A program made the position numbers and the translations under genes. Shown here in pieces: positions 49,889 to 59,400 of a DNA stretch of 64,000 bases (its first letter is position 1; each line of letters opens with the position of its first letter). Source of the DNA: a bacterium (GTDB taxonomy: Bacteria > Zhuqueibacterota > Zhuqueibacteria > Residuimicrobiales > Krinioviventaceae); assembly GCA_963693055.1 (NCBI GenBank), contig OY843751.1:5728001-5792000 (forward strand), in the 5' to 3' direction. The notes below the pieces were generated by a model that saw nothing but the letters and a program-made list of their open reading frames with translations, made no database searches and was not told the DNA's origin.

Positions 49889-50335
49889 ATGGCTTTTGAC
49901 AGCAAAGGAACATTAAACAAAGTAATGCTGATTGGCCGATTGGGGCAGGATCCGGAATTGAAATATACTCCTTCCGGAGCCGCAGTGGCAACATTATCCG
50001 TAGCGACCAACACGTCATGGAAAGGACAGGACGGCAGTCAAAATGAAAACACCGAATGGCACCGTGTTGTTATTTGGAGAAAACTGGCTGAAATTATGGA
50101 GCAGTATGCCAAAAAAGGGACCCGTGTATACGTTGAGGGGAGACTGGTAACCCGTTCATGGGAAGACAAGGACGGAAACAAACGTTACACCACGGAAATT
50201 CAAGCAGATAATATGCAGCTACTGGATTCAAGAGGTTCCGGAGGCGGCTCATCAGATTCATCCGAAGGACCACCCTTACCACAAGAACCTGCATTTGACG
50301 ATTCTGGCTCAGATTCAGATGATCTTCCGTTCTAA
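49889..50335 (+). CDS. ssb: single-stranded DNA-binding protein
   Basis: [29 protein letters not shown], acidic DDLPF tail. Confidence 0.97.
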   Translation: MAFDSKGTLNKVMLIGRLGQDPELKYTPSGAAVATLSVATNTSWKGQDGSQNENTEWHRVVIWRKLAEIMEQYAKKGTRVYVEGRLVTRSWEDKDGNKRYTTEIQADNMQLLDSRGSGGGSSDSSEGPPLPQEPAFDDSGSDSDDLPF

Positions 50336-50370
50336 CAAAAGGGTAGTTAAATCACGTTGTAATTATACAC

Positions 50371-50398
50371 ATCCGAGGTACTCCCTCGGATTTTTTTT
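50371..50398 (+). terminator. intrinsic terminator after ssb
   Basis: ATCCGAGG-TACTC-CCTCGGAT followed by a T run. Confidence 0.75.
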
Positions 50399-50410
50399 AG
50401 GATTTGACTT

Positions 50411-50821
50411 ATGATAAATTATGATGACTTGATAAACAAAGCCCTTGAAAGCCGTAAATTTGCTCAGGCCCCACACTCGGGTTTCAGAGTTGGCGCCGCA
50501 TTATTGACCTCAAGCGGCGAGGTTATTACCGGCTGTAATGTAGAATCCAGTTCTTACGGACTGACCATGTGCGCGGAACGAGTGGCACTTTACAAAGCTT
50601 TGTCTGAAGGCCACACGAAATTTGAAGCTATTGCCATTGCTTCAGATTCCAAAAATTTTTGTCCTCCATGTGGCGCATGCAGACAAGTCCTTTGGGACTA
50701 TGCTCCGGACCTTCCGGTTATACTCATATCTGACAGTAAAAATTTTCAAATCATCCCTCTGGGAGATTTGTTTTCCTATCCATTTGACAAACAGTATTTA
50801 AAGAATGACAGCAAAAAATAA
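50411..50821 (+). CDS. cdd: cytidine deaminase (tetrameric type)
   Basis: AP.S.FRVGAA, GCNVE, CAER, PCGACRQ. Confidence 0.95.
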   Translation: MINYDDLINKALESRKFAQAPHSGFRVGAALLTSSGEVITGCNVESSSYGLTMCAERVALYKALSEGHTKFEAIAIASDSKNFCPPCGACRQVLWDYAPDLPVILISDSKNFQIIPLGDLFSYPFDKQYLKNDSKK

Positions 50822-51431
50822 ATCCCCTTATATTATTGGAATTTCCGGAGCTTCCGGCTCCGGAAAAACATATTTGACCACAAAAATCGCGCAGGAACTT
50901 GGCAGCAAAGCTATTATTATCTCTCAAGACTCTTATTACAAAAAGCAGTCTCATATAGCAATGGAGCAAAGAATCCATACCAACTATGATCATCCCGATG
51001 CGATAGATTCAACCATGCTCATTGAGCATCTTGAACAACTGAAAAAGGGCAACGATGTTCAGTGCCCTGTATATGATTTTTCTATTCATGACCGCACACC
51101 GGATTGTGTTGCAGTAAAACCAACAGATTATATTATTCTGGATGGAATTCTGCTTTTCGCCATTCCGGATCTTTGTAATATGATCGATTTCAAACTTTTT
51201 GTAGATACCCCTCTTGACATTTGTTTTATACGAAGATTACAGCGAGATATTAAAGAAAGAGGGCGCACAACAGAATCGGTTGTTGAACAATATCTGAAAA
51301 CCGTTCGCCCCATGAGTATTGAATATATTCTCCCGTCAAAAAAATACGCAGACTTGAATGTCTATGCTGAAATATTAACTGATGAAGAAATTGATAAAAT
51401 TATATTAAAAATAAAAAAATACTATGAATGA
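50805..51431 (+). CDS. udk: uridine kinase
   Basis: GISGASGSGKT, DSYYK, NYDHPDA, RRLQRD..ERGR. Confidence 0.95.
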   Translation: MTAKNKSPYIIGISGASGSGKTYLTTKIAQELGSKAIIISQDSYYKKQSHIAMEQRIHTNYDHPDAIDSTMLIEHLEQLKKGNDVQCPVYDFSIHDRTPDCVAVKPTDYIILDGILLFAIPDLCNMIDFKLFVDTPLDICFIRRLQRDIKERGRTTESVVEQYLKTVRPMSIEYILPSKKYADLNVYAEILTDEEIDKIILKIKKYYE

Positions 51432-51639
51432 TCTTGGCAAATTGTTAATTTCTGCTGGTATATTATTGGTCATTGCAGGTATTGTGATTACCTTGTTTCA
51501 AAAACTGGGTATTCAGCTGGGAAAACTGCCGGGAGATATTGTTTACCATAAAGGCAATACTACTTTTTATTTTCCCATTGTTACCAGCATATTGATCTCG
51601 GTATTGATCACTCTGGTTTTATGGATTTTTAGAAAATAA
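51424..51639 (+). CDS. DUF2905 small membrane protein
   Basis: GKLPGDI....FYFPI.TSILIS. Confidence 0.85.
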   Translation: MNDLGKLLISAGILLVIAGIVITLFQKLGIQLGKLPGDIVYHKGNTTFYFPIVTSILISVLITLVLWIFRK

Positions 51640-51660
51640 TTCAAACAACGGGGTAAGAGC

Positions 51661-52239
51661 ATGTATAACGTTGCACCCAAAGGTTCGGGCTGGATAGAAG
51701 TCATATGCGGAAGCATGTTTAGCGGCAAATCCGAAGAACTGATACGAAGACTGAAACGCGCACAGATCGCTAAATTAAACGTCTCCATTTTCAAACCTGA
51801 AATTGATGACAGATATTCTTCTAATCATATTGTATCGCACAGTGAACAGAAAATACCTTCAACATCCGTTACGTCTGCCTCTGATATTCTAGACCAGGCA
51901 TTAAAAGCTACCGTAGTAGGTATTGATGAAGCACAATTCTTTGACATGGATCTGGTGGATGTTTGTCAGGAATTGGCAAACCGTGGGAAACGGGTAATTG
52001 TAGCAGGGCTGGATCAGGACTATAGAGGTGTGCCCTTTGAACCCATCCCTCAATTGCTGGCTGTCGCGGAATATATCACCAAAACCCTGGCTATTTGCGT
52101 ACAATGTGGACGCCCAGCAAATCGTACCCAGCGTCTCAGCAACGACTCTCATCGTGTTGTTGTGGGATCTGGCGATATTTATGAAGCACGTTGCAGATTC
52201 TGCCATACTGTTTTCACAGAACATAAACCGGATAATTAA
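51661..52239 (+). CDS. tdk: thymidine kinase
   Basis: [20 protein letters not shown], CxxC...YEARCxxC. Confidence 0.97.
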   Translation: MYNVAPKGSGWIEVICGSMFSGKSEELIRRLKRAQIAKLNVSIFKPEIDDRYSSNHIVSHSEQKIPSTSVTSASDILDQALKATVVGIDEAQFFDMDLVDVCQELANRGKRVIVAGLDQDYRGVPFEPIPQLLAVAEYITKTLAICVQCGRPANRTQRLSNDSHRVVVGSGDIYEARCRFCHTVFTEHKPDN

Positions 52240-52251
52240 AAAGGATTCTTT

Positions 52252-53835
52252 ATGAGATTCATCGGAATACTTGGTGTTGTAGTACTGGTTGGGTTGGCTT
52301 ATATCTTTTCAAAATCCCGCTCTGCCGTAAAATTCAGAATTGTTGCCTGGGGATTAGGTCTCCAGTTCCTGTTTGCAACAATCATCCTCAGCAAATCATA
52401 CCTCTCATGGATTGGTATGTATGTTTTCTTTAGTCTTATTCTGCTTTATATTTTCGAGAGCCACATTCGTTTAAAAGACGGACTTTTAACCAATGCCGGT
52501 AAACTTTTGGCAATGATTGCAGCATCCCTGGTTATAACATTTGCCGGTTACTTGATTGACAAACCCGGTTTTGGTGGGTATCTGATTGGTATTCTTGTAC
52601 TGACCATGCTTGTTTTAAAACTAGTGAAAAAAGGTAGTAACAACAAGTACATTTATGGCAGCATACAATTCCTGGCATTGGGTATCTTTTTACAACGCAA
52701 CATTGTAGGTAAAGACCTGTTTGCCTCATTATCAAACGGTGTAGCCGAATTTTTAAAACTGACCGATGTGGGCAGCTTGTTCCTGTTTGGCAACTTGGCT
52801 AACCCCGAATACTTTGATACCTTTGGCTTCCAGTTTGCTTTTTCCGTATTGCCTACAATCATCTTTTTCTCGGCTGTCATGTCCATTCTCTATTATCTCG
52901 GTGTAATGCAGGCGGTTGTTCAGGTAATGGCGCGCTTTATGCGCTGGACCATGGGCACTTCCGGTGCGGAGACACTGTCCTGTTCTGCAAATATTTTTGT
53001 GGGCCAAACCGAGGCTCCCTTTTTAATTAAACCTTTTATTGAAGACATGACCGAGTCTGAGTTACACGCTATTATGGTTGGCGGATTTGCAACAATCGCC
53101 GGTGGTGTGCTGGCCGGATATATCCGGTTGGGTGTAAACGCCGGGCACCTTATTGCTGCTAGTGTTATGTCAGCTCCGGCAGCCCTTGCTATTGCCAAGG
53201 TATTGCTGCCTGAAACAAAACACTCTAAAACCGCGGGTGATGTTGAAATACCAAAAATCAAATCAGCAGACAACCTGTTAGATGCCACAACACAAGGTGT
53301 AACTGATGGACTTAAACTTGCCGTAAATGTAGGCGCCATGCTGCTTGCCTTTTTGGCATTGGTGGCAATGATTGATTCTATATTCGGTTACTTTGACAAA
53401 TTGATTGATTACAGACTGTTGGGCGGAGTGCTTAACGAAGCCCGCGGCGAGTACCAGGGCATCTTTCCCGGAAGCTTGAAAACGCTTTTGGGCACCATTT
53501 TTTCCCCCCTTGCATTTGTTATGGGTGTTCCCTGGAAAGAAGCCATGGATGTAGGTAACTTGATGGGTATCAAAGTTGCCGTTAATGAATTTGTAGGTTA
53601 TGCCGAACTTGCCAACCACATTAAAGCGGGTGATATTTCAATACGTTCTATCACCATCGCCACATATGCATTGTGTGGTTTTGCAAACCTATCGTCTATT
53701 GGTATACAAATCGGTGGAATCAGCGCGCTGGTTCCTTCAAGAAGATCAGACTTGTCACGTGTTGCACTTCGGGCCATGGCTGGTGGTGCGCTTGCATCAT
53801 GGTTGACAGCAACCATAGCAGGATTATTGATCTAG
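52252..53835 (+). CDS. nupC: concentrative nucleoside transporter (NupC/CNT family)
   Basis: NIFVGQTEAP, GFATIAGGV, NEFV.Y, CGFAN.SSIGIQIGG. Confidence 0.92.
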   Translation: MRFIGILGVVVLVGLAYIFSKSRSAVKFRIVAWGLGLQFLFATIILSKSYLSWIGMYVFFSLILLYIFESHIRLKDGLLTNAGKLLAMIAASLVITFAGYLIDKPGFGGYLIGILVLTMLVLKLVKKGSNNKYIYGSIQFLALGIFLQRNIVGKDLFASLSNGVAEFLKLTDVGSLFLFGNLANPEYFDTFGFQFAFSVLPTIIFFSAVMSILYYLGVMQAVVQVMARFMRWTMGTSGAETLSCSANIFVGQTEAPFLIKPFIEDMTESELHAIMVGGFATIAGGVLAGYIRLGVNAGHLIAASVMSAPAALAIAKVLLPETKHSKTAGDVEIPKIKSADNLLDATTQGVTDGLKLAVNVGAMLLAFLALVAMIDSIFGYFDKLIDYRLLGGVLNEARGEYQGIFPGSLKTLLGTIFSPLAFVMGVPWKEAMDVGNLMGIKVAVNEFVGYAELANHIKAGDISIRSITIATYALCGFANLSSIGIQIGGISALVPSRRSDLSRVALRAMAGGALASWLTATIAGLLI

Positions 53836-53836
53836 T

Positions 53837-54661
53837 ATGAAATTAAAAAAGAAAATTCAAAAATCTATCGAATATCTTGAACCGCTCTTTCCTGAAATGC
53901 CTGAAACCGCCATTGTGCTGGGTTCAGGCTTGGGTGGTTACGCAGATACACTCAAAGACACAGTAACCATAAAAACCAAGTCTATACCCCATTATCCGGT
54001 TTCTACTGTGCCGGGTCACAAGGGGCAATGGGTAATTGGAAATATCAACGGTACCCGTGTGCTTGCGGTCCAGGGTAGGGTCCATCGTTACGAGGGCTAT
54101 ACATTAAAGCAGGTGACCTACCCGGTACAACTCTTGGCAAGCATGGGTGTAAAAAACCTGATATTGACAACCGCAAGTGGTGGACTGAATCCGGACTTTA
54201 CTCCGGGAGACTTGATGCTGATAACAGACCACATCAATTTTGGATTTGGAAATCCGCTTATTGGCAAGCCAGACAATCTGCTGGGCCCCCGATTCCCGGA
54301 TATGACCGAAGCTTATAACCTGGAACTACGCAAAACCCTTGAGACCGTTGCCGAACGTGAAAACATCTCTATGCAAAAAGGTGTGTTTTGCTGGGTAACC
54401 GGACCCAACTATGAAACCGCTGCTGAAGTACGAATGCTGAGAATGATGGGTGGCGACGCAGTATCCATGTCTACGGTCCCGGAAGTTATTGTAGCCAATC
54501 AACGCCATATGAATGTACTGGGTATTTCCATAATAACCAATCTGGCAACCGGACTGGCAAAAAACAAGCTGACACACTCGGAAGTAACAGAAATGGCAGA
54601 CAAGGCCGGAGAAAAACTGAGCAGACTGCTTACTGCTTTTGCACAAGAAATTGGATCATGA
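53837..54661 (+). CDS. punA: purine-nucleoside phosphorylase (trimeric PNP-I type)
   Basis: VLGSGLG, STVPGH.G, QGR.H.YEG, GP.YET.AE, MSTVPE. Confidence 0.92.
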   Translation: MKLKKKIQKSIEYLEPLFPEMPETAIVLGSGLGGYADTLKDTVTIKTKSIPHYPVSTVPGHKGQWVIGNINGTRVLAVQGRVHRYEGYTLKQVTYPVQLLASMGVKNLILTTASGGLNPDFTPGDLMLITDHINFGFGNPLIGKPDNLLGPRFPDMTEAYNLELRKTLETVAERENISMQKGVFCWVTGPNYETAAEVRMLRMMGGDAVSMSTVPEVIVANQRHMNVLGISIITNLATGLAKNKLTHSEVTEMADKAGEKLSRLLTAFAQEIGS

Positions 54662-55230
54662 ACCTGTGGAACCTGAAAGCTCCGCTTTATCAATGGTTCC
54701 GCAGTCCATGGCCTTTGAGCCAAATTTACACCGCTGAACAGCGGCAAATTAAAACTTTGATAAAATTATTGCCTGACCTGTCGGGATGGGGACTCGATAT
54801 AGCATGCGGCAACGGTGATTCTCTTGATCTTTTACCCGAACAACTCTCCAAACTGGGCTCTGACAAGAGCATCGCTATGGTTCAAAAAAGCCAACAAAAA
54901 TATTATTCCGCAATAGCCTCAGACGCACTGCACCAGGCTGTGCGCAGCCATTCAATAACCTTAATCACCTCAATTGGATTATCTGAATACATTAAAGATT
55001 TGCCCCAATTGTTCAAAGAATGTAACCGGTGCTTATTACCCGGTGGATATCTACTGCTCACCAGCTCTCCCCCGGGCTGGTTCACATTTTTGCGAAGTGT
55101 AGGGGTAAACCGGATCCATGCAAGAACAACTGAAAACATTCAATCTCTTGCTCATGAATCCGGATTCACAACAATTTCTTTTAAACATTCCTTTTCACAG
55201 GATGCGTTTTTATTTAAACGCAGTACCTAA
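54658..55230 (+). CDS. class I SAM-dependent methyltransferase (type 11-like)
   Basis: LDIACGNG, R.L.PGG; overlaps PNP stop codon. Confidence 0.75.
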   Translation: MNLWNLKAPLYQWFRSPWPLSQIYTAEQRQIKTLIKLLPDLSGWGLDIACGNGDSLDLLPEQLSKLGSDKSIAMVQKSQQKYYSAIASDALHQAVRSHSITLITSIGLSEYIKDLPQLFKECNRCLLPGGYLLLTSSPPGWFTFLRSVGVNRIHARTTENIQSLAHESGFTTISFKHSFSQDAFLFKRST

Positions 55231-55232
55231 AA

Positions 55233-56345
55233 CTAGGCACGTAAATAGATTTTGTGTTTATGTAAAAAATGCAGAAATAGAATCTTGACTGCCAACACAC
55301 AGAGTATAGTAAATACAACTTTGAAATCACCCAGATATTCAACAAATCCATGAATAAAAACCTGGGCCACATCTCCAAACTTGAACAGACGCTGTGCCAC
55401 ATAAATAGTTATGGGATTCAGACCAATCACAATAAACGGATACGCCCAACGCTGCCATCCTTTTATATCCACAATCCAGTAAAACAGGGCAAGCAGCAGC
55501 AGACTCCAGCCAACGGTCCACAGAACATAAGTCGACGTCCACAACAACTTGTTGATGGGGAAAACCAGTCCCCACAATCCGCCAACGAGTAGTGATGCAA
55601 CTCCCGCTGCAACCAGGCCCAGTGCCTTTTTGGTTTGAGACGCTTCGGAAAGCATCCAATAACCTGCAAATACACCCATCAGGGTATTCACAATTGCCGG
55701 CAAGGTTGTAAGAATTCCTTCATTATCTCCAAAGGTATAACAACAGAATCTTCCCGGTAGCATCAACCTGTCAACATACCCAGCCAGATTAGCTTCAGGA
55801 GTAAGCTGTCCCGCACCAAATCCGGGTACCGGAATTAGCATCATCATTGCCCAATAGGCCAGCAATATAAAAGCAGCTATACCATATTGTACTTTTTTTG
55901 AGGTATGGATAAAAATGATTGATGCAAACAAATAACTAAATGCAATGCGCTGCAGTACTCCGGCATATCTAAAATTGCTAAAATTGAAATCAAACAATCC
56001 ATTAAAAACAAAACCTAAAAACAACAATAACAGAAAACGTTTAATAACATACTTGTACAACTCTTTTTTTGACAATCCCTTTTGTTTTCTTCGTCCCAGT
56101 GCTATAGCCATACTGGTACCCACTATAAACAAAAACATGGGAAAGATCTGGTCGTAAAAAGTGAATCCATTCCATTCCGTATGCTCAAACTGTCTGACAA
56201 GTGAATCGGTAAATGGTGTGTTGAACAGTCGAAAAAAGTTGCTGAATAGCGATGCCCCGCCAATGATCCAAAACATATCAAATCCACGCAATACATCTAA
56301 CGATAGAATGCGCCCCTGGGGAATTCCCGACAATCGATGCTCCAT
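55233..56345 (-). CDS. heparan-alpha-glucosaminide N-acetyltransferase-like (DUF5009/NagX) membrane protein
   Basis: R..SLD.LRG, H..W.G.T..D.IFP.FLF, GVLQRI, PINK.LWT. Confidence 0.85.
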   Translation of the reverse strand: MEHRLSGIPQGRILSLDVLRGFDMFWIIGGASLFSNFFRLFNTPFTDSLVRQFEHTEWNGFTFYDQIFPMFLFIVGTSMAIALGRRKQKGLSKKELYKYVIKRFLLLLFLGFVFNGLFDFNFSNFRYAGVLQRIAFSYLFASIIFIHTSKKVQYGIAAFILLAYWAMMMLIPVPGFGAGQLTPEANLAGYVDRLMLPGRFCCYTFGDNEGILTTLPAIVNTLMGVFAGYWMLSEASQTKKALGLVAAGVASLLVGGLWGLVFPINKLLWTSTYVLWTVGWSLLLLALFYWIVDIKGWQRWAYPFIVIGLNPITIYVAQRLFKFGDVAQVFIHGFVEYLGDFKVVFTILCVLAVKILFLHFLHKHKIYLRA

Positions 56346-56424
56346 ACTATTGCCCTCGTTTAATTTAATAACCAGATGTGTTTCTGTACAAGCAGAAATA
56401 ATTATAATAATTAAGAATTACAAC

Positions 56425-59400
56425 TTAACGCCAGTCACCCGTAAGGGTGAATGCTGCCCAAAAGGACGGATAAGGATTGATTTCGTCATGAACGATTTTT
56501 TGTGCCATGCGTAACGCGTCAGCACGGGATTTACCTTCTGACAAATACCGGAAAAATCGTTTTACAAGCACTGCGGTAGCCAGATCATCCACTTTCCACA
56601 AACTGCTGAGCAGTGAAGAGGTGCCCGCATATATAAAACTTCGCGACAATCCTACCACTTCATCTCCGCCACGGATGGTACCCAGCCCGGTTTCACAGGC
56701 ACTCATGGCAACAATATATGCATTCAGATCAAGCGAGAAAATCTCTTCTGCCTCAAGTTTGCCATCATTCGTGGAATCTGGTGATAACAGCAATGCAGAC
56801 AAGAGCGGATTCGCGTCATCGTATTCTCCATGACAACTGAAAACCATAATGGGTGGATACTCTGAAAAAGAATACAAATTGGTTTCCGTAGCACGTTTAT
56901 TTAAAAGCATATTCACATGGGTGAAATAGCGGTTCAAACTGTTCACTTCGCGAGAAGCAAAGGGCAGGTCCCATTTTTTACTGCCAAGATCGGGATTCCC
57001 AAACGCAAGCACACTCATACTGTCTCTGTTCGTTATGTGCAAAGAATCACCCTTGTCCAGACAATACGCCATAACGGTTGCACTGGGTGCAATAGATAGC
57101 GAGTGAGACAATCCGAAATAGACCTGGTCTTTGTTCTGCAGAACAGCAAACGGCAGATAGTGCAGACTGCCCTGAGGAACCAGAACCAAATGGTCTGTCT
57201 TGTAAAGCTCAGTATCCCAGGGGCCAATAAGCTTTTCATACAAAGATTGAGACCAGTTCGATACAGACAATTGCCTGTCAAGGACCTGACGCAGTTCAAA
57301 GACATCCTTTTCAAACTGTTCCGGATCAATTTCAATCTTGCGGTAATCAATCCCTACACGGGTCAACAACCACGAATAGAGATGATCTTTATAAAGATAG
57401 AATTCCAAAATACCCACACGCGCTGGCAGTTTTTCTTTCAATTGCTCAACTGTCAAAGGATTAACAGACAGCATATCAGACAGCTCGGGATCACTCTGTT
57501 GCAGGCGAACCAATAATGAATCGCGTTCCTGCTCTATCTGTTTAACCAGATCTTCAAGCTGGTTCATTTCATCCTGCGCCAGGCTGTCATTTTTTGAGCG
57601 AAGATAAAACAACCGGGTTTGTGTTTCTTTTAACTTTGTATCCAGGCTGTCTTCTTTTGCCAACAGATCACGATTTTGTGTATTAAACGCAATTTCTTTA
57701 CTTCCCAGCATATCCAAAAAACTGCGGCTTTTTGAGCGTTCAACCAGATCAAAAGCTTGTTCAACCTGGCCCTGTTCAAGGTGCAGATCAATGAGCGCGC
57801 CGTACACATCCAGTTTATCATCTACAAAGCCCGAAGCAAATTCTTCTACTTTAATCATTGCCCGCATAGATTCAATCACATCAATTGCTTTGTAATATTG
57901 TGCGGAAACACTATCCGCATTGACACCCTGCCAGGTCTCTGCAAGATATTTGTGCGCACGCCATTGGATCTCAGGCATGTACAAATTTTCAGCAAGTTCT
58001 GCAGATTTGCCGAAAAAGACCCGCGCGCTGTCTGGACGTACATCCAGCATCTCCAAACGACCCAGTTCAAGATAACATTGCGTGGTATTGCGCCAGTCCT
58101 GAATGTCTTGAGAAATTTGTAAAGATCGATTCAAATGTTGTCGTGAAGGCGAGTTGACCCCCATACCGATCTGTATGGATGCGATATTACGAAGATCATA
58201 AGCCATGCCCCGCTTTGAATTGATTAACGAATCAATCTCTGCAGCCTGCTCAAAGCTGGATAATGCCAGATCATCCCTACCCTGCGCGCGCTGTATCATT
58301 CCAATATTCTTGTAGATGGTTGCTTCATCCTTACGGTCGCCAAGCGCAGTAGCCAGCTCGAGAGCTTTGAGTTCAAAGGTCTGCGCTTTTTCAGGATCAC
58401 CAAAGCTAAGCGCAATCAATCCACGGGTAGCATTGGCTACCTGTAACAATTTATTATCCTGCAAAGATTCAAAAATAGCGAGTGCCTGCTCCTGCTGTTC
58501 AAGCGCACTCTGATAACTGCCCATCTTCCAAAAAACATTTGCCAGATACTGTCGCGACAGTCCCTGTAATCTCACATCATCAAGCTGAACAGCATATTCA
58601 AGTGCCTGTTGTTGGTATGCCAGAGCACGTTTATAGTTGGCCATTTTTTCATTGGTATTACCCAGGTTGTGTAGCGCATCCACAAAATCCGGGGTTATAC
58701 CCAAGGTCTTGAAAATATCCAAAGCCTGACGCTGTACAACCAATGCGTCGTAATAATTGTCAAGATAAAAGAAATTTACCCGCCCTACATCTCGAAGGCA
58801 CTGTGCTTCTCCTTCCCGGTTTTCAATGGATCTGAATTTATCCAGGGCTTCTGTAAAAAGAGACAGCGCTAGTTTATATTGGCCGCCGCGTTCATAGATC
58901 AAACCGGTCTCGCGTAAAGAGTGTGCCTCTTCTTCTTTTAATCCATATTGTTCAGCCAATCGGGTAAAGCGTGCTTTGGCCTCAATGCCTTTATCAAATT
59001 CTTTATTCTGTGTATAAAAGAATGCCAGATTGCTGTATCCGTTTGCTTCCGCAGCTACATCGTTAGTGGCTTGTGCATTTTCAATCTGGGTCAATTGTGT
59101 TTCAATCGCTTTGCTCCAAAAGCCTCCGTTTACGGCACACTCGAGTATTCTCTGCTGTAACAGCTCAATGCTTTCCGAATCATTTTGCCGCTCTGCCATA
59201 CGCTGGGCGCTTTCATACATCCGGATTGCATCCTCCCACTCTCCCAATTCATACGCACTGTGGCCACGGCGTACCTGGCCTTCAAATCCCTCTTGCGCGT
59301 ATTGCTCTTCTTCATCCCGGGACATACCCCCAAAACCATATAACTGATACCCTGCCCAGAACCTGAACGAGGAATCTGCCTGAGCATAATGATTACGGGT

